From contig CAZODZ010000003.1 in NCBI GenBank assembly GCA_964578745.1, positions 265 through 64,264 on the forward strand: a stretch of DNA of 64,000 nucleotides. The letters run 5' to 3'. Below are positions 36,678 to 47,574 of the stretch, piece by piece; position 1 is the first letter of the stretch; each line of letters opens with the position of its first letter. The notes under the pieces were generated by a model. That model worked only from the letters and a program-made list of their open reading frames with translations, had not been told where the DNA came from and did not search any database. The stretch is from an uncultured Dehalococcoidales bacterium (GTDB lineage Bacteria > Chloroflexota > Dehalococcoidia > GIF9 > AB-539-J10). The position numbers were made by a program, and so were the translations under genes.

Positions 36678-38843
36678 TCAGGACATGCTGCGCTCTATCT
36701 TCTCGAGCTGGGCGAGGCTGAGGAGGAGTCGCTTGGCTCCGGCTTCCTCGAATGCCACGGTGATCACGAGGTCGCTCCTGTCCGGGAAGCAGTCCATGAC
36801 GACGCCTTGACCGAACTTCTTGTGGAAGACCCAGTCGCCCACCCGGAATTCGTCGTCCGACATGCCGTATGTCAGCGGCGGAGTGTACACGGCGCCTGTC
36901 ATGTCGACGCTGTCGTCCTCCCAAAGTCCTCGCGTCGTAATGAGCTCGGGGCTTATCCTCTGCAGGTACCGCGACGGCGGGTTGGCGAGGCCGTTGCCGA
37001 AGAGGCTTCTGCGATGCGCCCGGGTCAAGAACAGGAATCGCTGTGCCCGCGTCATGCCCACGTAGCAGAGGCGACACTCCTCTTCCATCTCCGCAGGGTT
37101 GTCAAATGACTTGCGGTGCGGCAGGACACCGTCCTCGACCCCGATGATAAACACCGCCGGGAACTCGAGTCCCTTGGCCTGGTGCAGAGTGATCAGTGTT
37201 ACGGAGCTTGGCTGATCCTCCATCTCGTCGACATCCGACACGAGGCTCACTTTCTCCAGGAACGCGGGGAGCGCTTGGGCAGGAGCGAGGTCGGCGTAGT
37301 CGCTGGCGACGCCCTTCAATTCCTGCAGGTTCTCCCAGCGCTCATCGCCGTCTTCTGCCTCCATGAGGTACTCCCGATATGCCGTCTGGATGAGGACTTC
37401 TTCGATAAGCTCGGGCAGGGGGAGCCGTTTGCTCCGCTCGATGAGCGTCCGCATGAGTTCGCGGAAGCGCGTGAGCGAGTTTGCGGCGCGCGCCGGCAGG
37501 TCCTGCCCGTCCACTATCTGCTCCAACGCTGAATAGAGGGAAATGTTGCGTTCGGTCGCCCATGCTTGGAGCTTGCCGAGAGTTCCCTGCCCGATGCCTC
37601 TACCCGGCGTGTTGATGATGCGTGAGAGGCTGACGCTGTCATCCCGGTTGTGAATTACACGCAGGTACGCAACTATGTCGCGTATCTCCTGTCTGCGGTA
37701 GAATCTCGTGCCCCCGACGAGCCGGTACGGGATGCCGTATCGTAGCAGGCTCTCCTCGACCGCTCGCGACTGGGCGTTTACGCGGTACAGCACGGCGCAG
37801 TCGCCATAGCGCAGTCCTTCGTTCTGGACCAGCTTCTCGATGAAGCTGACGACCGTCTGGGCCTCGTCCTTCTCGTTGAGGCACTCGGCAAGGACGACCT
37901 GTTTGCCCTCCTCGTTCGCCGTCCACAGGCCCTTGTCCTTTCTGAGGGTGTTGCCTGAGATGACCTGGCTGGCAGCCTTGAGAATGGTCTTGGACGAGCG
38001 GTAGTTCTGCTCGAGAAGGATGACGCGGGCATCGGGGTATTCATTCTCAAAGTTGAGGATGTTGCGCACGTCGGCGCTGCGCCACGAGTAGATGGACTGG
38101 TCGGGATCGCCCACGACGCAGATATTCTTGTGTCGCGCAGCCAGCAGCTTCACCAGCTCGAACTGCGCGAGGTTGGTGTCCTGGAACTCGTCGACCATGA
38201 TATGGATGTAGCGTTCCTGGTACTTCCCAAGTATGTTGGGATGTGACTGGAACAGCCGGACTGTCTTCAGGATGATGTCGTCGAAATCGACCGCGTCGCT
38301 CTGCTCCAGCAGGGCCTGGTAACGCTCGTAGACGCGCTGCACTATCTCCTCGAAGTAGCTGTCGACTCCATGCAAGCGTGTCTGCTCGGACAAGAGGCGG
38401 CTCTTGGTCGCGCTGATTGATGCCTGGACGAGCCTCGGCGAATACTGCTTGGGGTCGAGGCCCAACTCGACAAGAGCCTGCTTGATGAGGTTCACCTGGT
38501 CATCATCGTCGTAGATGACAAAGCCGGGAGAGAGCCCTACCGGCTGGCCATCTGCCCTCAGGATGCGACAGCAGATGGCGTGGAACGTGCCGATGGTGAG
38601 ACTGGAACACGCTTCCCCAAGGAGCACGTCGAGTCGCGTTCGCATCTCGCGAGCAGCCTTGTTGGTGAAGGTGACCGCCATGATGTTGCGGGGGCTGAGC
38701 CCGCATGTGGAGACGAGATACCAGATGCGTGAGGTGATGACTCTGGTCTTGCCGCTGCCAGGACCAGCGAGAATGAGAATGGGGCCGCCAACCGTCTCGA
38801 CGGCCTCTCGCTGAGCGGGATTCAGGGAGGCCAGTACATCCAT
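36678..38843 (-). CDS. pcrA: ATP-dependent DNA helicase PcrA/UvrD (SF1)
   Basis: 721 aa with helicase motifs I (AGPGSGKT), II (DEFQDTN) and so on, plus the C-terminal FGQGVV tail motif. Confidence 0.9.
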   Translation of the reverse strand: MDVLASLNPAQREAVETVGGPILILAGPGSGKTRVITSRIWYLVSTCGLSPRNIMAVTFTNKAAREMRTRLDVLLGEACSSLTIGTFHAICCRILRADGQPVGLSPGFVIYDDDDQVNLIKQALVELGLDPKQYSPRLVQASISATKSRLLSEQTRLHGVDSYFEEIVQRVYERYQALLEQSDAVDFDDIILKTVRLFQSHPNILGKYQERYIHIMVDEFQDTNLAQFELVKLLAARHKNICVVGDPDQSIYSWRSADVRNILNFENEYPDARVILLEQNYRSSKTILKAASQVISGNTLRKDKGLWTANEEGKQVVLAECLNEKDEAQTVVSFIEKLVQNEGLRYGDCAVLYRVNAQSRAVEESLLRYGIPYRLVGGTRFYRRQEIRDIVAYLRVIHNRDDSVSLSRIINTPGRGIGQGTLGKLQAWATERNISLYSALEQIVDGQDLPARAANSLTRFRELMRTLIERSKRLPLPELIEEVLIQTAYREYLMEAEDGDERWENLQELKGVASDYADLAPAQALPAFLEKVSLVSDVDEMEDQPSSVTLITLHQAKGLEFPAVFIIGVEDGVLPHRKSFDNPAEMEEECRLCYVGMTRAQRFLFLTRAHRRSLFGNGLANPPSRYLQRISPELITTRGLWEDDSVDMTGAVYTPPLTYGMSDDEFRVGDWVFHKKFGQGVVMDCFPDRSDLVITVAFEEAGAKRLLLSLAQLEKIERSMS

Positions 38844-38914
38844 CGCGAATAGCAGACATTATACCACCGGCTGGACCAGGAGGGGGAAGAAGGGATAAAC
38901 GTCGCCCTCGAGGG

Positions 38915-39838
38915 CTAGTACACTGCGAGCGGACGCTCGTCGGTGAGGACGGCGCCGGCGGCGTCGATGGAGGACCTAATATGGCGGGGCAAGGCGAACA
39001 TGCCGCGGTGAGTTGTTCCGTCATATGACCGTAATGGGCTCGAGATCCTGGCCGCGATTCGGCGGTCGATCTCCGCGGCTTCCATCAACTCGGGCTGCAG
39101 AGAGTCCGATACCGCTGTGAAACCCCACAGGCTGGAAAACGACGGTATGTGTGCCTGGTATGGAGAGACAAACTTGAACACGTCACGCAACGTCCGGACG
39201 ATAGCCACGAATGCGTCGAGGTCGTACCAGCGGGACGACTCAGACTGGATGGCCGCTATGCCTCCGTCAGCCAGTCGGTCGCGCACGAACGAATAGAACT
39301 CACGGGTGTAGAGGAGTTGAGCGGGCCCTGCTTCGAGAGGATCCGGCAGGTCGATGATGATCGCATCGAACCTAAGGTCGCTCTGCTCCATGAACTTCCG
39401 CGCGTCGCCCACGATGAGGTCTACTCGCGGGTCATCAAAGGCGCTGGCACTGAATGACGGCAGGTACTGGCGGCACACCGACACCACCTCATCGTCGAGA
39501 TCGACCATGGTCACATTCTCGACGGTCTTGTGACGCAGCACCTCCCGCAGTGTTGCCCCTTCGCCTCCTCCGGCTATAAGGACTGAACGTGGCCCGGGAT
39601 GGGACAGCATAGCGGGGTGAACGAGGGCTTCATGATAGACGAACTCATCCGCCTCGCTCGACTGTATCTTGCCGTCGAGGACCAGACACGTCCCGAAGCT
39701 GCGCAGACGCATGACCTCGATGCTCTGGTACGCGCTTCGCCCGCTGTACAGGATGGCGTCCACCTTGTGCAGCGTGCCAAGGTCCGGCGTCAGGCCATCG
39801 TGAAACCAGGTATGTTTATCGGGTACGTTGTCACTCAT
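38915..39838 (-). CDS. speE: Spermidine synthase (polyamine aminopropyltransferase)
   Basis: 307 aa with the GGGEGATLREV signature and the DLPDP substrate loop. Confidence 0.85.
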   Translation of the reverse strand: MSDNVPDKHTWFHDGLTPDLGTLHKVDAILYSGRSAYQSIEVMRLRSFGTCLVLDGKIQSSEADEFVYHEALVHPAMLSHPGPRSVLIAGGGEGATLREVLRHKTVENVTMVDLDDEVVSVCRQYLPSFSASAFDDPRVDLIVGDARKFMEQSDLRFDAIIIDLPDPLEAGPAQLLYTREFYSFVRDRLADGGIAAIQSESSRWYDLDAFVAIVRTLRDVFKFVSPYQAHIPSFSSLWGFTAVSDSLQPELMEAAEIDRRIAARISSPLRSYDGTTHRGMFALPRHIRSSIDAAGAVLTDERPLAVY

Positions 39839-40212
39839 ACTCTCGTGCTGTTCAGCGTGCTCGGCTCCAGCAGGCCCCGTCTCAATTCAACGAGTGACGA
39901 ATCCTTTGCCTCAAGTGAATCCATGATGAGACGCGCAGCCTCTTCCGGGCACACCGTATCGCCGCAGGTGAACACGTCGAGCGCTGCGTAACCACATTCC
40001 GGCCAGGTGTGGATTGAGATGTGCGACTCGGCTATGTTCACGACACCGCTCACTCCTTGAGGAGTGAAGTGGTAGAACGAATCGCCAACCACCGTGGCAC
40101 CGCTGCGGATGGCTGCAGAGTGAAGGCATTCCTTGAGGAACTGGAGATCATCGAGCAACTGTGCGTTGCAGCCCTTGAGCTCTACAAGAAGATGTCGTCC
40201 CAGCGCATACAA
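39835..40212 (-). CDS. speH: S-adenosylmethionine decarboxylase proenzyme (small bacterial/archaeal class)
   Basis: 125 aa. ESHISIHTWPE holds the self-processing Ser (pyruvoyl precursor). It overlaps speE by 4 nt. Confidence 0.85.
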   Translation of the reverse strand: MYALGRHLLVELKGCNAQLLDDLQFLKECLHSAAIRSGATVVGDSFYHFTPQGVSGVVNIAESHISIHTWPECGYAALDVFTCGDTVCPEEAARLIMDSLEAKDSSLVELRRGLLEPSTLNSTRV

Positions 40213-40657
40213 ATCACGTCCCTCCTTTTAGCGATGGATATCGTAAAGGAGCATGCCCAGCCTTGCTGGGCATGCAAACAGCAAATTGTAACGTGCGTGG
40301 GGTGGAGGGTCAAGAAACGGTAGCTCCCGCTCAGCCTCGCCGGCGGTGGTCCCGCTCCGTGCGGCGGCTTCGGCCGACCGCCCCTGCTCCGGCTGCCCGA
40401 CGGAGTCGAGCAGCCGCTCATTGAGTGATGTGCAAGGCTGCGCAGTGCGCTCTATGCGTGTGCAGCTGCAGATGTCCGTAGGCAGATGAGCTTGGCCGGT
40501 GCGTGCTGGCCGCGTTTGCCAGCCTCCAGGGCGTCATGTTGCTCGGTGCGCCCGGAAGCGGCTCCTGGGGTTTGACGGCATGGAGGACCGGTCGACACAA
40601 GTACGTACGTGTTCGTGTAGACCTTCGGGCCTTTCTGGTAGAATAGCCGGGGTGCCC

Positions 40658-40912
40658 ATGAGTGACGAGAATGCGCTTGTTGTGCTTTGCCATTCACGTC
40701 ACGGTGAAGCTCAGGTTATCCGAGCGCGATTGGAAGACAGCGGCATCCCGGCGGCGCTCAGCTACGAAAGCGCAGGGATAGTGTACGGCCTCACGGTGGA
40801 CGGGATCGGCGCCGTGCGTGTGCTTGTCCCACGGGCGTACTATGACCAAGCTAGGGCTGTACTCGCGGACAACGTGGAGCTGAACAGTGGCGATGTTGAC
40901 GACAGTTGGTAG
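40658..40912 (+). CDS. DUF2007-like small protein (putative signal-transduction/PII-like fold)
   Basis: ATG at 40658. The protein is 84 aa with MSDENALVVLCHSRHGEAQVIRARLEDSGIPA.... The ORF-track 5' extension is rejected. It lies just upstream of lysS. Confidence 0.45.
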   Translation: MSDENALVVLCHSRHGEAQVIRARLEDSGIPAALSYESAGIVYGLTVDGIGAVRVLVPRAYYDQARAVLADNVELNSGDVDDSW

Positions 40913-40969
40913 ATTCAACGTCGCCAGGCAGGCTCGCCCGGTGTCATACCACGACTTGAAGGGAATAGG

Positions 40970-42442
40970 ATGACGTCACGTCTCGACCGTGTCACTGAAG
41001 ACCGTCTCTCCGCCATTGCGTCGCTTCGGGGCCGTGGTATCGATCCCTACCCGCACACCTACCGCCGAACGCACACGCTCTCCGCAGCTAGGGCACTGTG
41101 CGAGAAGGAAGGTGAACGCACAGAGTCTGTCTCCGTCGCGGGCAGGGTGATGGCGCGTCGCAGGATGGGCAAGATGACGTTTCTCGATCTGATGGACGGA
41201 TCGGGTCGACTTCAGGCATCGGTGCGGCGCGATCTTGTTGGTGACGATGCCTATGCCCTGCTCAGGGACGTCGACATCGGCGACTTCATCGGTGTTGAAG
41301 GCGAACTGTTCGTGACAAAGGCGGGCGAGATCACGGTGGATGTCACGGTATTCACGATTCTTGCCAAGTCGCTCCGCCCTCTTCCGGAGAAATGGCACGG
41401 GCTTGTCGATCGAGAGACCCGCTATCGCCAGCGGTATCTGGACCTTATTTCGAACGAGGAGACGCGGAGCGTGTTCATGACGCGGAGCCGGAGCATTACC
41501 GCCATCCGCCGCTTCCTTGAGAACGAAGGCTATGTTGAAGTCGAGACTCCTGTGCTCCAGTCCCGGGCGGGAGGCGCCGCGGCTCGTCCGTTTGTGACCC
41601 ATCACAACGCGCTGGATGAAGACCTGTACCTGCGTATCGCGCTCGAACTTCCGCTCAAGAAGCTCATCGTCGGTGGGCTGGACAAGGTCTACGAACTGGG
41701 AAGGGTCTTCCGTAATGAGGGCATTTCGGTAAAGCACAACCCGGAGTTCACGCTCATGGAGTGCTATTGCGCCTATGCCGACTACGAAGACATGATGGAC
41801 CTGACGGAACGCCTCTTCTCCTTTGTGGCCCTTGATGTTCTAGGTAGCGCGACCGTCAGGTTCCGTGGCCACGAGGTCGACCTGGCCCCTCCGTGGAAGC
41901 GGATATACCTTCGTGACGCAATCAGGGAGGCCAGCGGTATCGATTTCGAAGACTACCCGGATGCGGAGGGGCTGCGCGAGAGAATGCTCCGGGAAGGGGT
42001 CCACATTGAAGGTACACCAGGCCGCGGGCGGCTTATAGATGAGCTTATCTCAACCTTCGTTGAGCCGACCATCATTCAGCCTACGTTCCTGCTGGACTAT
42101 CCGCTGGAGATGTCGCCGTTTCCGAAGAAGAAACGAGGGAACGAACGGCTGGTGGAACGGTTCGAGGCTTTCATCTGCGGCCTCGAGTTTGCGAATGCGT
42201 TTACGGAACTGAACGACCCTGTGGACCAGCGGCGGCGACTGGAAGAGCAGATGCGTGGCAAGACCGACGAAGAGGACGTTCAGGTGGCCGATGAGGACTT
42301 CCTCGAAGCAATGGAGCACGGAATGCCGCCCACGGGTGGGCTCGGCATCGGCATCGACCGGTTTATCATGCTATTGACGGGGCAGGAGTCCATACGGGAC
42401 GTGATACTCTTTCCGCAGCTCAGGGGGAAGCGCGATGCTTGA
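40970..42442 (+). CDS. lysS: Lysine--tRNA ligase (class II)
   Basis: 490 aa with an OB-fold N-terminus and a class II catalytic core (FRNEGISVKHNPEFTLME, GGLGIGIDR). Confidence 0.9.
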   Translation: MTSRLDRVTEDRLSAIASLRGRGIDPYPHTYRRTHTLSAARALCEKEGERTESVSVAGRVMARRRMGKMTFLDLMDGSGRLQASVRRDLVGDDAYALLRDVDIGDFIGVEGELFVTKAGEITVDVTVFTILAKSLRPLPEKWHGLVDRETRYRQRYLDLISNEETRSVFMTRSRSITAIRRFLENEGYVEVETPVLQSRAGGAAARPFVTHHNALDEDLYLRIALELPLKKLIVGGLDKVYELGRVFRNEGISVKHNPEFTLMECYCAYADYEDMMDLTERLFSFVALDVLGSATVRFRGHEVDLAPPWKRIYLRDAIREASGIDFEDYPDAEGLRERMLREGVHIEGTPGRGRLIDELISTFVEPTIIQPTFLLDYPLEMSPFPKKKRGNERLVERFEAFICGLEFANAFTELNDPVDQRRRLEEQMRGKTDEEDVQVADEDFLEAMEHGMPPTGGLGIGIDRFIMLLTGQESIRDVILFPQLRGKRDA

Positions 42443-43679
42443 TATAAGACTCATAAGGGACAATCTGCCGCTGGTAGAACGTGCAATGGAGTCGCGTGGT
42501 CTCACGAAAGACGTTCTAACCCCGGTTGTCGAAGCCGACGAGCTGTACAGAGCATTGCTGCGGGAACTCGAGGACCTGCGTGCAAGGCACAATCGTGAGA
42601 GCAAGGAACTGGGACGCATGAGGGAGCGGTCGCCTGAGAAGCTGGCCGCATTGCGCGAACTGGGAGAGCAGGTTGCCGAGTTGCAGGTCCGGACCAGGGA
42701 GGCCAAAGACGAACTCGACGGCATGCTGCTTGAGCTTCCAAACATACCGCATGAGAGCGTACCCGCTGGCGAAGACGCCGACGACAATGTTGTCGTGCGG
42801 ACATGGGGCATGCCACGCACCTTCGAGTTCGAGCCGCTGCCTCACTGGGATCTCGGGGAGCGACTCGACATCATCGATTTTGCACGCGGGGTGAAGCTCT
42901 CCGGCAGCAGGTTCTACGTGCTGAAGGGTATGGGGGCACGGCTTCAACGGGCGCTCATCTCCTTCATGCTTGATGTTCAGACGAAAGACCACGGCTATCG
43001 TGAGATATACCCGCCGTTCATGCTACACAGAGAGTGCATGGTGGGCTCTGGCAATCTGCCCAAGTTTGAAGACAACCTGTATCACGACGCCGAGGAGGAC
43101 TTCTGGTTCGTGCCCACTGCCGAAGTCCCTCTCACGAACCTGCACCGCGACGAGATACTCGATGGCGCGGACCTGCCTTTGTACTACGTCGCATACACCC
43201 CCTGTTTCCGCCGCGAGAAGATGGCTGCGGGCAAAGACACGCGGGGCATCAAGCGCGGGCACCAATTCGACAAGGTGGAGTTGTACAAGTACGTTGCGCC
43301 CGAGACCTCGGATGCCGAACTCGAAACCCTTGTTGCCAACGCGGAAGAGATCTTGAGGCGACTCGGTCTCGCATACAGGGTCGTTCAACTCTGCACCGGC
43401 GACTTGGGCTTTGCGGCGTGTAAGACATTCGATATCGAAGTGTGGGCCCCAGGCTCCAATGAATGGCTTGAGGTCAGTTCGTGCAGTAACTGCGGCGACT
43501 TCCAGGCGCGCCGTGCAAATCTACGCTTTCGTCCCACCCCCGGCGCCAAACCGCAGTTTGTGCACACACTCAATGGCTCAGGACTTGCTCTGCCACGTGT
43601 TCTCATTGCCGTCCTTGAGAACTTCCAGCAACCTGATGGCACGGTACTCGTGCCTGAGGTACTGGACAAGTACATGTAG
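42435..43679 (+). CDS. serS: Serine--tRNA ligase
   Basis: 414 aa with an N-terminal coiled-coil arm and class II motifs (TPCFRRE, GSGLALPR). It overlaps lysS by 8 nt. Confidence 0.9.
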   Translation: MLDIRLIRDNLPLVERAMESRGLTKDVLTPVVEADELYRALLRELEDLRARHNRESKELGRMRERSPEKLAALRELGEQVAELQVRTREAKDELDGMLLELPNIPHESVPAGEDADDNVVVRTWGMPRTFEFEPLPHWDLGERLDIIDFARGVKLSGSRFYVLKGMGARLQRALISFMLDVQTKDHGYREIYPPFMLHRECMVGSGNLPKFEDNLYHDAEEDFWFVPTAEVPLTNLHRDEILDGADLPLYYVAYTPCFRREKMAAGKDTRGIKRGHQFDKVELYKYVAPETSDAELETLVANAEEILRRLGLAYRVVQLCTGDLGFAACKTFDIEVWAPGSNEWLEVSSCSNCGDFQARRANLRFRPTPGAKPQFVHTLNGSGLALPRVLIAVLENFQQPDGTVLVPEVLDKYM

Positions 43680-43773
43680 CAGGGGCACAATAGAATGAAG
43701 CGCAGGCGGGATGTTTCCCGGCTCTCAGTCCTGTCGTGCGTTGAACGGTGCCTTGCTCAAGGAGGGGGGAGAG

Positions 43774-45477
43774 ATGGCCCGTGTGCTGAGCTATGCCTAT
43801 GCAGGTTCGACTACTCCTCTTATCGGTCTTACAATCCCGGACTGTCTCGATCGCATTGTCGACAGGTATCCCGACAACGAAGCACTTGTAGACGTTCCCA
43901 CCGACAGGCGGTGGACGTATAAGCGCTTCCGAGAGGACTGCCGCCGCATTGCCAAGGCATTCATGGCCATGGGTCTCGAGAGAGGCGACCGTATTGGAAT
44001 CTGGGCAACCAACCATCCTGAGTGGGTCCTTGTGCAGTTCGGCAGCGCCATGGCGGGAGTCGTGCTCGTCAATATCAATCCTGCGTACCGAACCCACGAG
44101 CTTGAGTACGCCCTGAGGGACTCCGGGGCAAAGTCACTGATCCTCGTGGAGCGGTTCAAGAGTTCCGACTATGTTTCGATGGTGTACCAGCTCGCTCCCG
44201 AGGCCCGTGAGTCGCAGGTCGGCGAACTGAACGTGTCAAAGCTGCCCCTCCTGCGCTCGCTTGTGCTCATAGGTGAGAACAGGCACCCCGGGATGTACAC
44301 ATGGCGGGAATTCCTTGAGATTGGAGCCCATATCAGCGACGCTGCCCTTGCAGAGCGACAAGCATCCCTCGACTTTGATGATGTCATCAACATTCAGTAC
44401 ACGTCCGGCACGACTGGCCTGCCGAAGGGCGCCTCACTTACGCACCACAATATCCTCAACAACGGCTTCTTCGCGGGCGAAGGGATGCTGCTGACTCAGA
44501 AGGACAGGCTTTGCATACCGGTACCCTTTTATCACTGCTTCGGCATGGTCCTGGCGAATCTGGCGTGTGTCTCTCACGGTGCAACAATGGTGATTCCGTC
44601 CGAGAGCTTCGATGCACGTGCCACTCTTGTCGCCGTGGAGAAAGAACATTGCACCGCATTGCACGGAGTCCCGACGATGTTCATCGCCGAACTCGAGCAT
44701 CCAGAGTTCGACTCGTTCACGCTCACGTCTTTGCGGACAGGGATCATGGCAGGTGCGCCATGCCCTGTTGAAATAATGCGGAAGGTCATCGACCGCATGC
44801 ATGCATCCCAGATGACCATTGCGTACGGCGAGACCGAGGCTTCGCCTATAGCAACGCAGACGCCCGTGGATGCGACAATTGAGGACCGTACGGGCACCGT
44901 TGGATTGCCGACGCCGCATGTTGAGCTGAAGATAATCGATGCCGAGACGGGTGCGATGGTGCCCTGCGGCACGCAGGGCGAGATATGCTACCGTGGCTAC
45001 AACATCATGCGTGGATATCACAACAATCCCACGGGTACGGCGGAGGTGATAGACGAGGCGGGGTGGCTGCACAGCGGCGACCTGGCGACGATGGACGAGC
45101 GTGGCTACTGCAAGATTACCGGCCGTGTGAAGGAGATGATCATACGTGGCGGTGAGAACGTCTATCCGCGGGAGATAGAGGAGTTCCTATTCAGCCATCC
45201 CAAGATCAGGAACGTGCAGGTGATCGGCGTGCCTGATGCGAAGTACGGTGAAGAGATCCAGGCGTGGATAGAGCTGCGTGAAGGAGAGACTGCGACGGAG
45301 GAAGAGATCCGCGAGTACTGCAAGGGCCGGATTGCACACTACAAGATACCACGGTATGTGAAGTTCGTCACCGAGTTCCCGATGACGGTCACCGGCAAAA
45401 TACAGAAGTACAAGATGCGCGAGGTGGCCATCAGGGAACTCGGCCTCGAGCATGTCGCTGACACAAAGATGGCGTAA
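43774..45477 (+). CDS. AMP-forming acyl-CoA synthetase (fatty-acid--CoA ligase family)
   Basis: ATG at 43774 follows GGAGGGGGGA. The protein is about 567 aa with the AMP-binding motif [17 protein letters not shown] and a C-terminal GKIQK. Confidence 0.85.
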   Translation: MARVLSYAYAGSTTPLIGLTIPDCLDRIVDRYPDNEALVDVPTDRRWTYKRFREDCRRIAKAFMAMGLERGDRIGIWATNHPEWVLVQFGSAMAGVVLVNINPAYRTHELEYALRDSGAKSLILVERFKSSDYVSMVYQLAPEARESQVGELNVSKLPLLRSLVLIGENRHPGMYTWREFLEIGAHISDAALAERQASLDFDDVINIQYTSGTTGLPKGASLTHHNILNNGFFAGEGMLLTQKDRLCIPVPFYHCFGMVLANLACVSHGATMVIPSESFDARATLVAVEKEHCTALHGVPTMFIAELEHPEFDSFTLTSLRTGIMAGAPCPVEIMRKVIDRMHASQMTIAYGETEASPIATQTPVDATIEDRTGTVGLPTPHVELKIIDAETGAMVPCGTQGEICYRGYNIMRGYHNNPTGTAEVIDEAGWLHSGDLATMDERGYCKITGRVKEMIIRGGENVYPREIEEFLFSHPKIRNVQVIGVPDAKYGEEIQAWIELREGETATEEEIREYCKGRIAHYKIPRYVKFVTEFPMTVTGKIQKYKMREVAIRELGLEHVADTKMA

Positions 45478-45488
45478 ACACGTGCGAT

Positions 45489-45515
45489 GACAGGGACGGC
45501 GGTGCCGTCCCTGTC
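45489..45515. terminator. Bidirectional stem-loop between the convergent acyl-CoA synthetase and 2-hydroxyacid dehydrogenase genes
   Basis: GACAGGGACGG cggtg CCGTCCCTGTC is a perfect 11-bp stem with a 5-nt loop. Confidence 0.45.
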
Positions 45516-45528
45516 TGGCAATGTCGCG

Positions 45529-46497
45529 CTATCTGGATACGGGCTGATTGACCAGGTTGGGAGGTGTCTTTCCTTCAAGGGCGGCCATGATATTCCGCAC
45601 CGCCACGTGTGCCATGTTGGTCCTTGTTTCCCAGGAGCCGCTGCCGATATGCGGCGTGAGTACCACGTTGGTGAGGCTGGTCAGGCCCGGTGTAAGCTCA
45701 GGTTCCTTCTCGAAGACGTCGAGTGCCGCGCCAGCGATTGTTCCTGCACGGAGTGCCTCAACGAGTGCCTGCTCATCGACGACCGGGCCACGGGAAACGT
45801 TCACCAGGAAAGCTGTCGGCTTCATCAGGGACAACCGGCGGGCGTCGATGAGGTGTCTCGTCTCGTCTGTGAGAGGCACGTAGAGCGAGACAAAGTCCGA
45901 TTCGGCCAGCAGCGTGTCGAGGTCGGAATATGTCGCCTGCAGCTCCTGCTCTCTCTCAGGTGGCAAGCGGTTGCGGTTGTGGTATAGCACGCGCATGCCG
46001 AAGCCGAGTGCGCGGCGTCCCACAGCCTGACCAATGCGTCCAAAGCCCACGATGCCGATTGTCTTTCCCCACACATCGGAGCCGAGCATGGCGAATGGCT
46101 TGAAACCCTTGAATTGTCCGGCGCGCACATAAGCATCGGCTTCCACGACCCTGCGTGCCACCGCCATGAGAATCGCCCATGACAGGTCAGCCGTCGTCTC
46201 TGTGAGAACATCGGGTGTGTTGGTCACCATGATGCCCTTCTGCGCTGCGTAGTCGGCATCTATGTTGTTGTAGCCGACGCCCCAGTTGGCGATTATCTTG
46301 AGACGCGGGCCGACCTGGTCCAGTATCTCCTTGTCGACGCGGCTGCCGACGCAGAGGAATGCGTCCGCTTCCTTCAGACGGGCCACAAGCTCTTCCCGCG
46401 AGGGGAGACCCTCGCCTTCGTACGAAACGACGGTGTGTTTCTGGCGCAAGCGTTCGAGCGCTACTTCCGGCAACCAGAACGAAACATATACCTTCAT
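45529..46497 (-). CDS. D-isomer-specific 2-hydroxyacid dehydrogenase (glyoxylate/hydroxypyruvate reductase-like)
   Basis: ATG at 46497 has an AAGGAGG RBS. The protein is 322 aa with the NAD-binding GIVGFGRIGQAV and the catalytic R/E/H context (SRGPVVDE...TPHIGS). Confidence 0.8.
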   Translation of the reverse strand: MKVYVSFWLPEVALERLRQKHTVVSYEGEGLPSREELVARLKEADAFLCVGSRVDKEILDQVGPRLKIIANWGVGYNNIDADYAAQKGIMVTNTPDVLTETTADLSWAILMAVARRVVEADAYVRAGQFKGFKPFAMLGSDVWGKTIGIVGFGRIGQAVGRRALGFGMRVLYHNRNRLPPEREQELQATYSDLDTLLAESDFVSLYVPLTDETRHLIDARRLSLMKPTAFLVNVSRGPVVDEQALVEALRAGTIAGAALDVFEKEPELTPGLTSLTNVVLTPHIGSGSWETRTNMAHVAVRNIMAALEGKTPPNLVNQPVSR

Positions 46498-46549
46498 GTT
46501 GTCCTCCTTCTTCGGGTGGAGTATTGCAGGTCCCTGAAGACCGGTCCGG

Positions 46550-46918
46550 CTATTCCACCGGTACGGCGTTTTCAACTATATCAGCGCGCGTCTGTTGTCC
46601 GTCAGAGTCGAGTTCAACGGCCACAACGTCGATGCGCCACGCACGGTCGTGCATCTCCCCATGCGACGCCACGTAGTCAAGCGCGCAGGCGACCAGCTTG
46701 TCTCTCTTACGCTTTGTCACAGATTCCTCCGGTGTGCCGAAATTTCTCGACGTCCGTGTGCGCACCTCTACGAATACGAGGCAGTCTTTCCTTCGCGCGA
46801 CGATGTCTATCTCCCCGAGACGTACACGTACGTTCGTCTCCAGTATCTTGTATCCCCGTTTCTTCAGGAGCGCTCGCGCAATCTCTTCACCTCGCCTTCC
46901 GACGGTGAGGTGGTTCAC
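46550..46918 (-). CDS. YraN family (UPF0102) putative endonuclease
   Basis: 122 aa. GEIDIVARRKDCLVFVEVRTR is the PD-(D/E)xK-like YraN signature. It overlaps rnhB by 4 nt. Confidence 0.7.
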   Translation of the reverse strand: MNHLTVGRRGEEIARALLKKRGYKILETNVRVRLGEIDIVARRKDCLVFVEVRTRTSRNFGTPEESVTKRKRDKLVACALDYVASHGEMHDRAWRIDVVAVELDSDGQQTRADIVENAVPVE

Positions 46919-47574
46919 AGCAGACCTCCCAGGACAAGGCAGACCGGCTGGAAGGTCGTTCGATGTATTGGGCAGGCGCCTAGCTCGAAGAGTCGCTCCA
47001 TGTGGTGTGCGGTTGCGTACCCCTTGTTGTTTCGGAACCCGTATTCGGGGTACTGAGAGTCGAACTCCACCATCAGGCGATCACGCGTAACCTTGGCGAT
47101 GATCGATGCACACGCTATGGAGAAGCAGAGAGAGTCGCCTCTGACAATGCCTTCCTGAGGGATGTGTAACTGTGGAACTACCATCCAGTCGATGAGCGCG
47201 GCACGTGGGCGCACTGAGAGTCCCCTGATTGCAGCGTACATCGCCTTCCTGGTGGCGCCGACGATCCCTATCTTGTCGATTACCTCAGACCCAACAACAC
47301 CAACCGCGGCTGACTGCGCATGGGCCATGATGAGTCCGTAAAGCTGTTCGCGGGCTGCCGGTGACAGTTCTTTGCTGTCCCGCACGTCGTGGCACCAGGA
47401 GATATCGCTACTCCAATCGGCGACGACTGCGCCCGCGACAACCGGCCCGGCGAGTGCTCCTCTTCCTGCTTCGTCAACGCCGACGACCGGCCACAGGCCG
47501 CGCTCAAGCATGAGCAGTTCGCGTTCGGCAGTCGGTGCTGATCGCCTCGATGACATGTTACTGCTGGTCACCAT
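46915..47574 (-). CDS. rnhB: Ribonuclease HII
   Basis: GVDEAGRGALAGPVV is the catalytic DEAGRG motif. The start is uncertain (M at 47574, 47556 or 47511), and the longest form overlaps the mnmA 3' end. Confidence 0.85.
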   Translation of the reverse strand: MVTSSNMSSRRSAPTAERELLMLERGLWPVVGVDEAGRGALAGPVVAGAVVADWSSDISWCHDVRDSKELSPAAREQLYGLIMAHAQSAAVGVVGSEVIDKIGIVGATRKAMYAAIRGLSVRPRAALIDWMVVPQLHIPQEGIVRGDSLCFSIACASIIAKVTRDRLMVEFDSQYPEYGFRNNKGYATAHHMERLFELGACPIHRTTFQPVCLVLGGLL

